Counted from the stretch's first letter, positions 26,769 through 36,191 are shown. The stretch is DNA of 64,000 nucleotides from Vulcanimicrobiota bacterium (GCA_003164495.1 PLTN01000229.1:17763-81762), one strand, 5' to 3'. The notes: generated from the letters alone by a model not told the origin. Made by a program: numbers and translations.

Positions 26769-27655
26769 GCGTTGATGGACGCGCGCAGCGCTTCGTAAGA
26801 GAACGACGTGTCGCGCCAAGCGTCGATGTTGCCCAAGCCGTGTTCTTCGTTCCAGGTGACGACATCGAACATCTTGCCGGTCAGCGCCTTCGCGTCTTGG
26901 GCCGCGAGGTGCAGCGCAAGCGGCACCATGTGCTCCGGCACGAGCGGCAGCGGTCCCGCTTGGGTGGCGCCGGCCTTCATGCGCGCGATGTTCTGTTCGT
27001 CGAAACCGGTCGTGCGGGTGTGGCCGGGGATCATGATGTTCACGGCTACGTTGTCTTTGCGCACCTCATCGGCGAGGTAGAAGCTCATCGTCGCCAGCGC
27101 CGCTTTGGAGGACTGGTAGGGCATCTCCTGACTGTTGGGGCGCAGCGCGGTGTACGCACCGCCCGCCGAGCTGTTGATGATGCCGCTGCTCACCGTGTTG
27201 ATGATGCTGCCGCGTTTCTGCTCGATCATCGGCCGGATGAAGCGGCGCGTCACCTTGAGCGCGCCGAAGATGTTCACCGCGAACGATTTCTGCCAATCGG
27301 CGTCGGTCGTGGCGAGCGTGGTCGTGCGGCCGGCCGGCGGAAAGAGCTCGCGCTGCCGCAGAGCGGCGTTGTTGAGCAACGCGTCGACCGTGCCGAAACG
27401 CTCGATCGTGCGCGCGAACACGCCGTCGATCGCGGCGTCGTCGGTGACGTCCATGTCGGCCGTCATCAGATTCGCGCCGCCGCCGCTGAGCGCCGGGTCG
27501 ATCGGTTCGACGCCGTCCCACGAACGGTCGGTCGATACGACCTTCGCGCCCGCCTTCAGGAACCCGAGCGTGTACGCGCGCCCGATTCCGCGGGCGCCGC
27601 CGGTGATGACCACCACGCGGCCGGCGAGTTCAACTGACGAATTCGGCTTTTCCAT
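26765..27655 (-). CDS. short-chain dehydrogenase/reductase (SDR)
   Basis: ORF 26765..27844; ATG at 27655 (MEKPNSSVELAGRVVVITGGARGIGRAY). Motifs NNAA and catalytic YQSSKAA. Confidence 0.85.
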   Translation of the reverse strand: MEKPNSSVELAGRVVVITGGARGIGRAYTLGFLKAGAKVVSTDRSWDGVEPIDPALSGGGANLMTADMDVTDDAAIDGVFARTIERFGTVDALLNNAALRQRELFPPAGRTTTLATTDADWQKSFAVNIFGALKVTRRFIRPMIEQKRGSIINTVSSGIINSSAGGAYTALRPNSQEMPYQSSKAALATMSFYLADEVRKDNVAVNIMIPGHTRTTGFDEQNIARMKAGATQAGPLPLVPEHMVPLALHLAAQDAKALTGKMFDVVTWNEEHGLGNIDAWRDTSFSYEALRASINA

Positions 27656-27716
27656 AGCGCCGGACACGTTGGTCAGCGAGGTGCTGCATCCTCGTGCGCA
27701 TATTCCAGGCTGAACG

Positions 27717-29000
27717 ATGAGTGCACAGTTGATCGTCCGCAACGTGACCGTGATCGACGGTTCCGGCGGCCCGCCGGTCGCCGATGCGGAAGTCGCGATC
27801 GAAGACGGCCGCTTCACCGCCATCCGGCCGAGCGGAAAGACCACCGGCGGCGGCGTGACCGTGTACGACGGGCGCGGCGGCTATCTGCTGCCGGGCCTCT
27901 GGGAAGGGCACACGCACTTGCGCGCGCGGCCCGGCGAAGGCGATGCCGATCAGGTGGCGCGGCTCGAGGCGATTCTCGCCGGCTATCTTGCGGCGGGGAT
28001 CACCACGGTGCTGGAATTGGGCGGCCCGCTCGACATCGACGGCCGTTTGCGCGAACGGCACCGCACGACGCCGCCGACCGGTGCCGCGGAGCTGTTCTTC
28101 GCCGGGCCGTCGTTCACCGGAATCAACGGCTGGCCGCTGGCGCTGCACCAGAACCATTCGCTGGTGCGCGAAGCCGGCGATGCGGAGACCGCCCGCCGCA
28201 TGGTGCTCGAACTGGAAGGCGAGACCGATTTCGTCAAGTGCATCTACGACGGCGAGCCCGGCGCGCCCGACAAGTTGCCGCGCGCGGCGCTGCAGGCGAT
28301 CGTGAAGGCCGCGCACGAGCGCGGCAAGAGCGTGCTCGTGCACATCGCGACCAAACGCGACATCGAAGAAGCGGTCGACGCGGGCGCCGATTGCATCGAG
28401 CACGCGTTCATCCCCGAGAACCCCGACGACCTCACCGAGGCCGAAGACGTCGCCGATCTCTTGGCGAGCACCGGGACCTACTTCTCGCCCACGCTTGCGG
28501 TGTTCGAGCAACTCGGGCGCAGCGGCGACAAGACGTATCTCGCCGGACTCGCCCGCGACGCGATCATCTCGCCGGGCGAAGTCGCCGAAATCGCGAGCCG
28601 GCCGGCATTCGGCGCACCCTTCCCGCACCATCCGGCCGCCGAAACGTTGACGCGTTTTCGGTACGGCGTGCGCTCGCTGCCGATCATGCGTGATGCCGGC
28701 GTGAAGATCGTTGCCGGCAGCGACATCGCGTTGTTCATGTCGCGCCCGGCCGCGCTCTTGCGCGAACTCCAACTGCTGGCGGATGCGGGGTTGCCGGCCG
28801 GCGACACGATCGTCGCAGCCACGCGTTACAACGCCGAGAAGATTCGCAAAGCGACGAGTGTCGGCACGATCGCTCCCGGTCAGGTTGCCGACGCGCTGCT
28901 GCTCAACGCCGATCCGCTCGGCGACATCATGCATCTGGTGCGGCCCGGCCATCGCGTGGCGATGATCCGGCACGGACACCTGACCGAAGCGGTGGAATAG
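27717..29000 (+). CDS. amidohydrolase family protein (metal-dependent hydrolase, imidazolonepropionase/prolidase-like)
   Basis: 427 aa. IVRNVTVIDGSGGPP...IEDGRFTAI...GGYLLPGLWEGHTHL, VLVHIATKRDIEEAVDAGADCIEH, VAGSDI and GTIAPGQVADALLLNADPL. Confidence 0.8.
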   Translation: MSAQLIVRNVTVIDGSGGPPVADAEVAIEDGRFTAIRPSGKTTGGGVTVYDGRGGYLLPGLWEGHTHLRARPGEGDADQVARLEAILAGYLAAGITTVLELGGPLDIDGRLRERHRTTPPTGAAELFFAGPSFTGINGWPLALHQNHSLVREAGDAETARRMVLELEGETDFVKCIYDGEPGAPDKLPRAALQAIVKAAHERGKSVLVHIATKRDIEEAVDAGADCIEHAFIPENPDDLTEAEDVADLLASTGTYFSPTLAVFEQLGRSGDKTYLAGLARDAIISPGEVAEIASRPAFGAPFPHHPAAETLTRFRYGVRSLPIMRDAGVKIVAGSDIALFMSRPAALLRELQLLADAGLPAGDTIVAATRYNAEKIRKATSVGTIAPGQVADALLLNADPLGDIMHLVRPGHRVAMIRHGHLTEAVE

Positions 29001-29007
29001 CCCGGCG

Positions 29008-29940
29008 ATGACACAACCTTCGATACGCCGCATCGCAGTGGTGGGTGCCGGAACGATCGGCGCGAGTTGGACCGCGTACTTCCTCGCCCACGGGCTCGAC
29101 GTGACCGTGAGCGATCCGGCACCGTCGGCGCCGGATCTGGTGCGGCGCACGATCGATACGGTGTGGCCGAGTCTCGTGCAGCTCGGGCTCGCGCCGGGAG
29201 CGTCGCCCGACCGCGTGCGCTTCGTCACCGATCCGGTAGCGGCCGTCGAGGGTGCGGAGTTCGTTCAGGAAAACGGGCCGGAAAAAGAAGATGTGAAGAT
29301 CGCGCTGTTCGCGCTGCTCGATGCAGCACTGCCGCTCGAGACCATCATCGCGTCGAGTTCGTCGGGACTGCTGATCAGCCGCATTCAGTCCGGTTGCGCG
29401 CATCCGGAACGCTGCGTGATCGGTCACCCGTTCAATCCGCCGCACCTGATGCCGCTGGTGGAAGTCGTCGGCGGCAACCAGACCTCGCCCGATACGATCG
29501 CGCGCACGATGGCGTTCTATCGCGAGATCGGCAAGTATCCGATTCACATTCGCGCCGAAGTCACGGGGCATATCGCGAACCGGCTACAGGCCGCGCTCTG
29601 GCGTGAAGCCATCCATCTCGTCGACACGGGTGTGGCCAGCGTCGCCGACGTGGATGCCGCCGTGGCGTACGGTCCCGGATTGCGCTGGGCGCTGATGGGT
29701 CCGTCGCTGACCTTTCATCTCGGCGGCGGCGAAGGCGGTATGGAGCACTTCATGGCGCATCTCGCGGGCCCGATGCAGACGTGGTGGGACGCGCTCGGCA
29801 GCCCGGCGCTCACGCCCGAGCGACAGCAGAAGATCATCGACGGCGTCGCGGAGGCGACCGCCGGCCGCGGTGTGCCCGACCTGGCGAGCGAACGCGATGC
29901 GTTGCTGGTGGAGTTGCTGAAGCTGAAGCTGAAGCGCTAG
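29008..29940 (+). CDS. 3-hydroxyacyl-CoA dehydrogenase family protein, L-carnitine-dehydrogenase-like
   Basis: 310 aa. Rossmann IAVVGAGTIGASWTAYFLAHGLDVTVSDP. Motifs FVQENGPEKEDVK, IASSSSGL, IGHPFNPPHLMPLVEVVGG and GLRWALMGPSLTFHLGGGEGGMEHF match my recollection of LcdH-type enzymes. Confidence 0.7.
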   Translation: MTQPSIRRIAVVGAGTIGASWTAYFLAHGLDVTVSDPAPSAPDLVRRTIDTVWPSLVQLGLAPGASPDRVRFVTDPVAAVEGAEFVQENGPEKEDVKIALFALLDAALPLETIIASSSSGLLISRIQSGCAHPERCVIGHPFNPPHLMPLVEVVGGNQTSPDTIARTMAFYREIGKYPIHIRAEVTGHIANRLQAALWREAIHLVDTGVASVADVDAAVAYGPGLRWALMGPSLTFHLGGGEGGMEHFMAHLAGPMQTWWDALGSPALTPERQQKIIDGVAEATAGRGVPDLASERDALLVELLKLKLKR

Positions 29941-30007
29941 CGCGCGACGTTAGTAGGTGCTATCTCCGCATGACGGAATTAACCGGGGGATTTTCGGAGG
30001 GCGAACG

Positions 30008-31000
30008 ATGGCCAACGTAGCTGAACCGGCTGAGACCGCAATCGACCGGTCGGAATGGACGATTACGTCGACGTGCCGGCGGTGCCGGGCGGCGTGGAAT
30101 CTCGCGCCCAGCGTGATTGGGACGGCCGCGGATGGCAAGGCATTTTTTCGGCGGCAGCCGGAGACGGAAGAAGAGCTGATGGAGTCGTGGCGCGCCCTGG
30201 TGGCGTGCCCGACCGGTTCGATCAAAGCGCCGCACGGATTGCCGATTCCGAACGACGTGTTTCCGCAGGTCCTTGCTGAGAGTCTTTGGCGCCTTGGTTA
30301 TAACGATAACAGCAGTGCCGGCGCGCATCCGTTTTTCATTCGCGCGAAGAGCGGTCTGAACTTTATGGTTGACGGTCCGCGCTTCGTGCCGAAGCTCGTG
30401 AAGTTCATCGAGGAGGAGGGCGGACTGCATCACGTACTGTTGACGCACCGTGACGACGTCGGCTCGGCCGCGAAGTATGCCGAACACTTCGGCGCCCGCT
30501 TGTGGATCCATGAGAACGATCGTGCGGCCGCGCCCGAAGCGACCGACATTCTGACCGGTTACGAGATCTCCGAACCGGTTCCGGGCTGCACCGTCATCCC
30601 GATCCCGGGTCACACGATCGGCAGCGTTGCGTTTCTCATCGACGAGAAGCTCTTTCCCGGCGATTCGCTCGGCTGGGAACTCGCGCAAAGCCAGCTTTGG
30701 ACGAATCCGATTTTTTGCTGGGATGACTGGCCCATGCAGGCCCGCGCGTTGCGACGGCTGCAAGCTTTCCGCTTCGACTACGTGTGCTCCGGGCACAACT
30801 ACAGCATCGGATTCCCGGCCGACCGGATGAAGGCAGAGTTGGACAAGGCGCTCGATTTCTTCGATACGCTGACGTGGTCGCCGCCGACGCATCTGCCGAC
30901 TGGTGAAGCGATTCCGGCGGCGCGCATTCAAGAGCGCGATCGCCGTGTGGCGAAGGTTCGGGCCGACTTCTTCGCGACGCTGGCGCGCGAAAGCGCTTGA
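30008..31000 (+). CDS. ferredoxin-like domain fused to an MBL-fold metallo-hydrolase domain
   Basis: ORF 29957..31000; ATG at 30008 with GGAGGG upstream. N-terminus CRRCRAAWNLAPSV...ACPTGSI (CxxC...CP ferredoxin-type spacing). MBL part HHVLLTHRDDVG, IPIPGHTIGSVAFL and VCSGHNY. Confidence 0.65.
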   Translation: MANVAEPAETAIDRSEWTITSTCRRCRAAWNLAPSVIGTAADGKAFFRRQPETEEELMESWRALVACPTGSIKAPHGLPIPNDVFPQVLAESLWRLGYNDNSSAGAHPFFIRAKSGLNFMVDGPRFVPKLVKFIEEEGGLHHVLLTHRDDVGSAAKYAEHFGARLWIHENDRAAAPEATDILTGYEISEPVPGCTVIPIPGHTIGSVAFLIDEKLFPGDSLGWELAQSQLWTNPIFCWDDWPMQARALRRLQAFRFDYVCSGHNYSIGFPADRMKAELDKALDFFDTLTWSPPTHLPTGEAIPAARIQERDRRVAKVRADFFATLARESA

Positions 31001-31947
31001 TGCAGTATTCCCGGCATCAGGTGCTCGCGGCGCTCGCTGCGGCCGGCAGTGCACCGTTTTTCGGGCGACCGGCTGCGGCCGACGTGCCGGCGATTCACGT
31101 CGGCATGATTCCCATCGAGTCCGCGTGCGGCGCCTTCTACGCCAAGGAAAACGGGTTTTTTCAGAACGCCGGCTTGAACGTTGAGGTCGAGCTGAACCCG
31201 TCGACGCCGGCGGTCGCGTCGGCCGTCGTTGCCGGTACGTACGATATCGCATTCGCCGGCATCTCGACGTTGGCGTCGGCGCATGCCAAAGGACTGCCGT
31301 TCGTCCTCATCGCGCCCTCCGGCATCATCGTTCCCGGTACGGTCGCCGGCGGGATAACGGTCGCGCCGCAATCGCCGATCCGTACTGCCAAGGACTTCAA
31401 TGGCAAGACGTTCGCCGCTTCCGGTCTCAACACGCAATCGGAGTACGGGCCGCGCGCGTGGATCGACAAGCACGGCGGCGATTCGACGACATGCAAATTC
31501 ATCGAGATGCCGTTTCCGCAGATCGCCGACGCGATCGCGGCCGGCCGAATCGATGCCGGCTATTTGGTCGAGCCGTTTCTCACGGTGGCGACCAAACGTG
31601 ACGTCGTGCGCATGATCGCCAGCGGCGACGACGCGGTCGGTACGACCTTCCTCGCGAGCGGCTGGTTTGCACTCGCCTCGTGGGCGAAGGCGCATCCCGA
31701 TGCCGTGACGGCGTTCGCCACGGCGATCGGTCAGGGCGGCCGTTGGGCCAACGCGAACCCGGATAAAGTCGTACCGATCATCACCGCGCACCTCAAGACC
31801 GACCCGGTGCTGACGGCCTCGGTTCCACGCACGCTTTACACGGATCGTCTCGTCGCCGCGCAGGTCCAGCCCTGGATCGACGTCACCGCGAAGTACGCGA
31901 AGTTTCCGGCGTTTTCGGCCGCCGACCTCATGTTTCACCCGTCATGA
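31000..31947 (+). CDS. periplasmic solute-binding protein, NMT1/SsuA-like paralog
   Basis: ORF 30997..31947. ATG at 31000 shares one nt with the MBL stop (TGATG); TTG 30997 is also possible. Signal MQYSRHQVLAALAAAGSAPFFGRPAAAD. Motifs GGDSTTCKFIEMPFPQIADAIAAGRIDAGYLVEP and VQPWIDVTAKYAKF. Confidence 0.8.
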   Translation: MQYSRHQVLAALAAAGSAPFFGRPAAADVPAIHVGMIPIESACGAFYAKENGFFQNAGLNVEVELNPSTPAVASAVVAGTYDIAFAGISTLASAHAKGLPFVLIAPSGIIVPGTVAGGITVAPQSPIRTAKDFNGKTFAASGLNTQSEYGPRAWIDKHGGDSTTCKFIEMPFPQIADAIAAGRIDAGYLVEPFLTVATKRDVVRMIASGDDAVGTTFLASGWFALASWAKAHPDAVTAFATAIGQGGRWANANPDKVVPIITAHLKTDPVLTASVPRTLYTDRLVAAQVQPWIDVTAKYAKFPAFSAADLMFHPS

Positions 31948-33116
31948 ACGTTCCCATGACCATCGCGGCCGTGCTTTTCCTCGGCCTGCTCGCACGCGGC
32001 ACCACGCTCGGTGCGGCAGACGCCGTGCCGCTCGAGCTCAACATGATTCTCTCGACAACGGGCCCCGCCGCAGTCGCCGGGGTTCCCGTCAGTCAAGGCG
32101 TGCGAGTCCTCGAGCAAATGGTGAACACCGCGGGCGGCATCAACGGGCAGCCGGTGAAGTTCAACATCCTCGACGATCAGTCGAGTCCGCAGGTCGCGGT
32201 GCAACTCGCAAACGAGCTCATCGCAAAGAAAGTACCGGTCATCCTCGGCCCGATGTCGACCGCCTCATGCGGCGCGGTCGCGACGCTCGTGGAAAAGAGC
32301 GGCCCGCTGATGTACTGCGTCAGCCCATTCATCAAGCCGTCAATCGGCGGCTACGTTTACGCCGGCGGACCAGCCGACGTCGACGGTGCCGCCGTCGTGC
32401 TCCGCTACTTTCGCGAACGCGGCCTCACGCGCTTCGCGATGCTCAACGCGACCGACGCGAGCGGACAAGCGCTGGACAATGCCTTCGTCGACGCCTTCGC
32501 GTTGCCGGAAAACAAAGGGATTTCGCTCGTCGCACACCAGCACTTCGCGCCGAGCGCAACGAGCACGTCGGCCCAAATCGCCGACATCAAAGCGGCCAAC
32601 CCGCAAGTCCTGATCAGCTGGATGATCGGGGCGCCGTTCGCGACGGTCTTGCGCGGCGCACACGACGGCGGTCTCGACGTGCCGATCGTTAGCAACGGCG
32701 CCAACGCCTCGTCCGCCTTCATGACGCAAGTCGCGTCGTTCTTACCGAAGGAGGTCGACTTCGCGTCCTATCCCGCCTCGCTCGCGAGCGCCGAAAGCAA
32801 AGGCATCGCCGCCGCCCAAGCCGCGCAAGCGAAAGCCTTCAATGCCGCGCACGTCAAGCAAGAAGGCAACGCCATGGGCGCGTGGGACCTTTCGCTGATC
32901 GTGGTCGATGCGATGCGCCATCTCCCCGCGACCGCGACCGCCGACGACCTCCGCGGATATATCGACAAGCTGCAAGGCTTCGCCGGCACGAACGCGATCT
33001 ACAACTTCCGCACCTACCCGCAGCGCGGTATCGGACGCGACGGCAACATCATGGCGCGCTACGATGCCTCGACGAACGCGTTCATCGCGATCAGCAAACC
33101 CGGCGGCGGCAAATGA
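31944..33116 (+). CDS. periplasmic solute-binding protein, LivJ-like
   Basis: 390 aa. ATG overlaps the previous stop (ATGA). Signal MNVPMTIAAVLFLGLLARGTTLGAADA. Pattern VKFNILDDQSSPQVAVQLANELIAKKVPVILG. Confidence 0.75.
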   Translation: MNVPMTIAAVLFLGLLARGTTLGAADAVPLELNMILSTTGPAAVAGVPVSQGVRVLEQMVNTAGGINGQPVKFNILDDQSSPQVAVQLANELIAKKVPVILGPMSTASCGAVATLVEKSGPLMYCVSPFIKPSIGGYVYAGGPADVDGAAVVLRYFRERGLTRFAMLNATDASGQALDNAFVDAFALPENKGISLVAHQHFAPSATSTSAQIADIKAANPQVLISWMIGAPFATVLRGAHDGGLDVPIVSNGANASSAFMTQVASFLPKEVDFASYPASLASAESKGIAAAQAAQAKAFNAAHVKQEGNAMGAWDLSLIVVDAMRHLPATATADDLRGYIDKLQGFAGTNAIYNFRTYPQRGIGRDGNIMARYDASTNAFIAISKPGGGK

Positions 33117-34336
33117 CGCAAGCCGCAGCGATGATCCCCGTGCAAGGCGGATACGTCCCGCGCTTCTCGCTCGGCGAACGCGACCGGCGCTGGAAGCGCG
33201 TGCGCGAACTCATGGCGGCCGACAACATCGATTGCATCCTCGTTCCGCCGAACACCGGCCACTGGGACACGTTTCAAGCCAGCGGACGATACCTGACCAC
33301 GCTCGGCGGCAACAACGCGCAAGTCGCAACGATCTTTCCGCTGAGCGGTGAGGTCACGGCGATCTCAAGCCCCGATATCGCGCCGGCAATTTGGCACGCG
33401 CGTCAGGATTGGGTCGAAGACATCCGCTCGGCGGGCAGCGGCGGCGGCTGGGGTTACACCGACCACATCATCGCGCGCATCAAAGAACTCAGCCTCGAGC
33501 GCGGCCGCATCGGCATCGTCGGCCTCGAAGGCAATACGCGCTATCCCGAAGGCGTGTTCTCGCACGGCATGTACGAAAAGCTGCGCGCCGCCTTACCCGG
33601 CGCCCAATTCGTCAACGGCAACTTCGTCCTCGAACGCGCGCGCTTCGTGAAGAGTGCGGAAGAAATCACCATCATGGAACAGGCAATCGCGCTGACCGAG
33701 GGGGCGCTCGAGGTCTTGCGCCGTGAAGCCAAGCCGGGCGCGCCCGAAAACGTCGTCTACATGCGCTTGCTCTCGAGCATGGTGGAACGCGGCGCTGAAT
33801 TGCCCAGCATGATCCTGTGGTCCGCCGCGTGGCCGCAGTCGCCGTCGAACTACTACATGCCCACGCAGCGGCCGCTCCAGTACGGCGACATGATCTCCAT
33901 CGAAATGGAAGCGCGAGTTGCCGGCTACAACGGCCAAGTCACGCAGGCCGCCTTCATCGGTGACCCGCCGCGCGAATATCAAGAGATGTTCGACCTGCAA
34001 CAGCGCGCGGTCGCCCGCTGCTACGAGCTGCTGCATCCGGGTTCGATCATGGGCGACTTCGTCGAAGCGATGAAAGACTTCGAAAACGAGGACTACACCG
34101 TTCGCCTCATCATGCACTGCCGCGGCCTCGGCGACGACTCCCCGATCTGCATCGGTGAATTCCGCGACGAAATGATGCGCACGTGGCCGATCGAAGTCGG
34201 CGCGACCTTCATCGTCAAGCCGGTGATCTTCGCCCGCAACGAGTTCCGCCGGCTCTACTGGGGCGACACCGTCGTCGCAACCGAGACCGGCGCACGCCGC
34301 CTCGGATCGCGCAAACCGGAGATCATGCGTCTCTGA
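33113..34336 (+). CDS. M24 family protein (creatinase / Xaa-Pro peptidase fold)
   Basis: ORF 32882..34336; ATG at 33113 overlaps the previous stop (ATGA). Creatinase_N-like start (ERDRRWKRVRELMAADNIDCILVP). Pita-bread part SAEEITIMEQAIALTE, YGDMISIEMEARVAGYNGQVTQ and GDTVVATETGARRL. Confidence 0.7.
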   Translation: MTQAAAMIPVQGGYVPRFSLGERDRRWKRVRELMAADNIDCILVPPNTGHWDTFQASGRYLTTLGGNNAQVATIFPLSGEVTAISSPDIAPAIWHARQDWVEDIRSAGSGGGWGYTDHIIARIKELSLERGRIGIVGLEGNTRYPEGVFSHGMYEKLRAALPGAQFVNGNFVLERARFVKSAEEITIMEQAIALTEGALEVLRREAKPGAPENVVYMRLLSSMVERGAELPSMILWSAAWPQSPSNYYMPTQRPLQYGDMISIEMEARVAGYNGQVTQAAFIGDPPREYQEMFDLQQRAVARCYELLHPGSIMGDFVEAMKDFENEDYTVRLIMHCRGLGDDSPICIGEFRDEMMRTWPIEVGATFIVKPVIFARNEFRRLYWGDTVVATETGARRLGSRKPEIMRL

Positions 34337-34337
34337 A

Positions 34338-35144
34338 CTACTCGGCGCTCCAGCCGCCGTCGATCGGAATGGCGGTGCCGGTGATCGAGCGCGCGGCATC
34401 GCTGCACAGATAGGCGCATAGCGCGCCGACCTCGAGCGGGTCGATGAACTTGCCGGTCGGCATCTTGCTCAAGAACGCGCGCTTGAGAGCCTCTTCCTCG
34501 GAGATGCCGCCGCCGTACGACGTGGCCAGATCCTTGGCCTGACCCGCGATGAGATCGGTATACACCGCGCCCGGGCAGATCGCGTTCGCGGTGATGCCAG
34601 CCTCGGCGCCTTCGAGTGCGGTCGCTTTGGTGAAGCCGACGACGCCGTGCTTCGATGCGATGTACGCCGATTTGAACGGCGAGGCGATCAAACCATGAAC
34701 GCTCGCGATGTTGACCACGCGCCCATGGCCGCACGCCACGAGATGCGGCCACGCGGCCTTCGTGAGATGAAACACCGAGTCGAGATCGACCGAACGCACG
34801 CGTTCCCAATCGGCGTCGCCGAACTCGGCGATCGGCGCGACGTATTGCACGCCGGCGTTGTTGACCACATGATCGATCGCGCCGAGGTCGGCCGCAATTC
34901 GCGCAATTCCCGCGCGCACGTCATCCGGCTTCGTCACGTTGATCGCGTAGCCGCGCCCGCGAACGCCGTATTCGGCGGAGAGCTTCGCGGCCGACGCGGC
35001 CGCCGTCGCTTCATCGAGGTCGCAGATCGCGACGTCGGAACCCGCTGCCGCGAGCGCCGTCGCGCAGGCGAACCCGATGCCGCGCGCGGCGCCGGTGACG
35101 ACGCTCACGCGCCGCGCCAAGCTCAGACTGGGAAGCGCGCTCAC
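34338..35144 (-). CDS. SDR, 3-hydroxybutyrate-dehydrogenase-like
   Basis: ORF 34338..35180; GTG at 35144 overlaps the upstream cupin stop (GTGA). Motifs RVSVVTGAARGIGFA, NNAGV, YIASKHGVVGFTK and C-terminal GTAIPIDGGWSAE. Confidence 0.8.
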   Translation of the reverse strand: MSALPSLSLARRVSVVTGAARGIGFACATALAAAGSDVAICDLDEATAAASAAKLSAEYGVRGRGYAINVTKPDDVRAGIARIAADLGAIDHVVNNAGVQYVAPIAEFGDADWERVRSVDLDSVFHLTKAAWPHLVACGHGRVVNIASVHGLIASPFKSAYIASKHGVVGFTKATALEGAEAGITANAICPGAVYTDLIAGQAKDLATSYGGGISEEEALKRAFLSKMPTGKFIDPLEVGALCAYLCSDAARSITGTAIPIDGGWSAE

Positions 35145-35491
35145 TTCTTGCTGTAGTAGCGCACTTCGAACGTGACGCAACCTTCAGGACTGCGCCAGGG
35201 ACCGTGACGCATCCCCGGCGGGCGGCACGCGTATTCGCCGGCGCGGAACGTTTGCTTCAATTCGAGATCTTCGAACGCGCCTTCGAGGATGTAGACCTCT
35301 TCCCAGAAGTCGTGCACCTGCACGCCGTTCGGGGTGGTGTCGCAGCCGGGCGGAAAGGTGAGGATGCGGGTGGCGACGTTGGCGTCGGGATCTTTCGCCA
35401 GGATACGTTCGGTCATGCCGACATCCGCGCCGGCGACCTTCGTCCACGGGACCGTCGTGACGGGAAAAAATTCGTGTTCGGGTTTGGCCAT
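35141..35491 (-). CDS. small cupin-domain protein
   Basis: ORF 35141..35557; ATG at 35491, 1 nt after the upstream stop. 116 aa with TRILTFPPGCDTTPNGVQVHDFWEEVYILEGAFEDL...YACRPPGMRHGPW (cupin motifs). Confidence 0.7.
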   Translation of the reverse strand: MAKPEHEFFPVTTVPWTKVAGADVGMTERILAKDPDANVATRILTFPPGCDTTPNGVQVHDFWEEVYILEGAFEDLELKQTFRAGEYACRPPGMRHGPWRSPEGCVTFEVRYYSKK

Positions 35492-35492
35492 G

Positions 35493-36134
35493 TCACTCCA
35501 CCGAATATGCGAGCGTGAGAGGATGTGCGAGCGGACCGCCGCTGATGCGGGCCGCAAACGTCTTGCCGAAGCGAAAGCCGTGCGTAAGGAGCGGCACGGT
35601 GCCGCAGAAGAGCACGAAGTTCGCGTTGCCCTTGCGTTCGCGCAGCCCGGCCAGCAGCGTCGCTAGCGGGATGATCTGCGCGAACGAACCGCGCTGATAG
35701 GCTTCGCCGTCGATCGTGCTCTCGAGCGCGATCGCATCGAAGGCGGCGTCAGGCGTGCCGATGCGCACGACGTTCGCGCCGACCGGCTTCGGGCAGATGC
35801 TCTTGCTCTTCGAGATGCTCTCGCGCTCGACGTCGCGCGCGGTATGGTCGCTCCCAAGGCCAAGATAGAGATCGCTGCCCACGCCGATCAAGATCGGCTC
35901 GACCTCGCCGCAGGTCTCCTTGGTGGGCACCTTGATGCTCTTTGCTTGGGTGAGAATGTCCACCGGCATCTCGTACCACATCGGCACCTCCGGCGGTGCG
36001 GGAATGCCCTCGTGCGCGAGTTCGTCGATGTGCTTCTGCACCATCGCCCGGTCGCGGCCGGTGTAGCCGGCAATGATGAAAACGTCGGGTTCGACCTGAA
36101 TCTGTCGCTGTTGTTCGTCGGTAAAAGTCAGCAC
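35493..36134 (-). CDS. DUF2848-like protein
   Basis: 213 aa, GTG start. FIIAGYTGRDRAMVQKHIDELAHEGIPAPPEVPMWY, GEVEPILIGVGSDLYLGLGSDHTARDVE and KSICPKPVG match my memory of DUF2848 sequences. Confidence 0.5.
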   Translation of the reverse strand: MLTFTDEQQRQIQVEPDVFIIAGYTGRDRAMVQKHIDELAHEGIPAPPEVPMWYEMPVDILTQAKSIKVPTKETCGEVEPILIGVGSDLYLGLGSDHTARDVERESISKSKSICPKPVGANVVRIGTPDAAFDAIALESTIDGEAYQRGSFAQIIPLATLLAGLRERKGNANFVLFCGTVPLLTHGFRFGKTFAARISGGPLAHPLTLAYSVE

Positions 36135-36163
36135 GCGGTCTCCGGCTTATGCATCATCCTCAG

Positions 36164-36191
36164 TTGACGGGACCGATGCATAGTGTATACA
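36164..36191 (+). promoter_or_regulatory. sigma70-like promoter candidate TTGACG-N16-TATACA for the + strand operon
   Basis: Lies in the 133-bp divergent intergenic region 36135..36267. Hexamers at 36164-36169 and 36186-36191. Sequence resemblance only. Confidence 0.35.
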
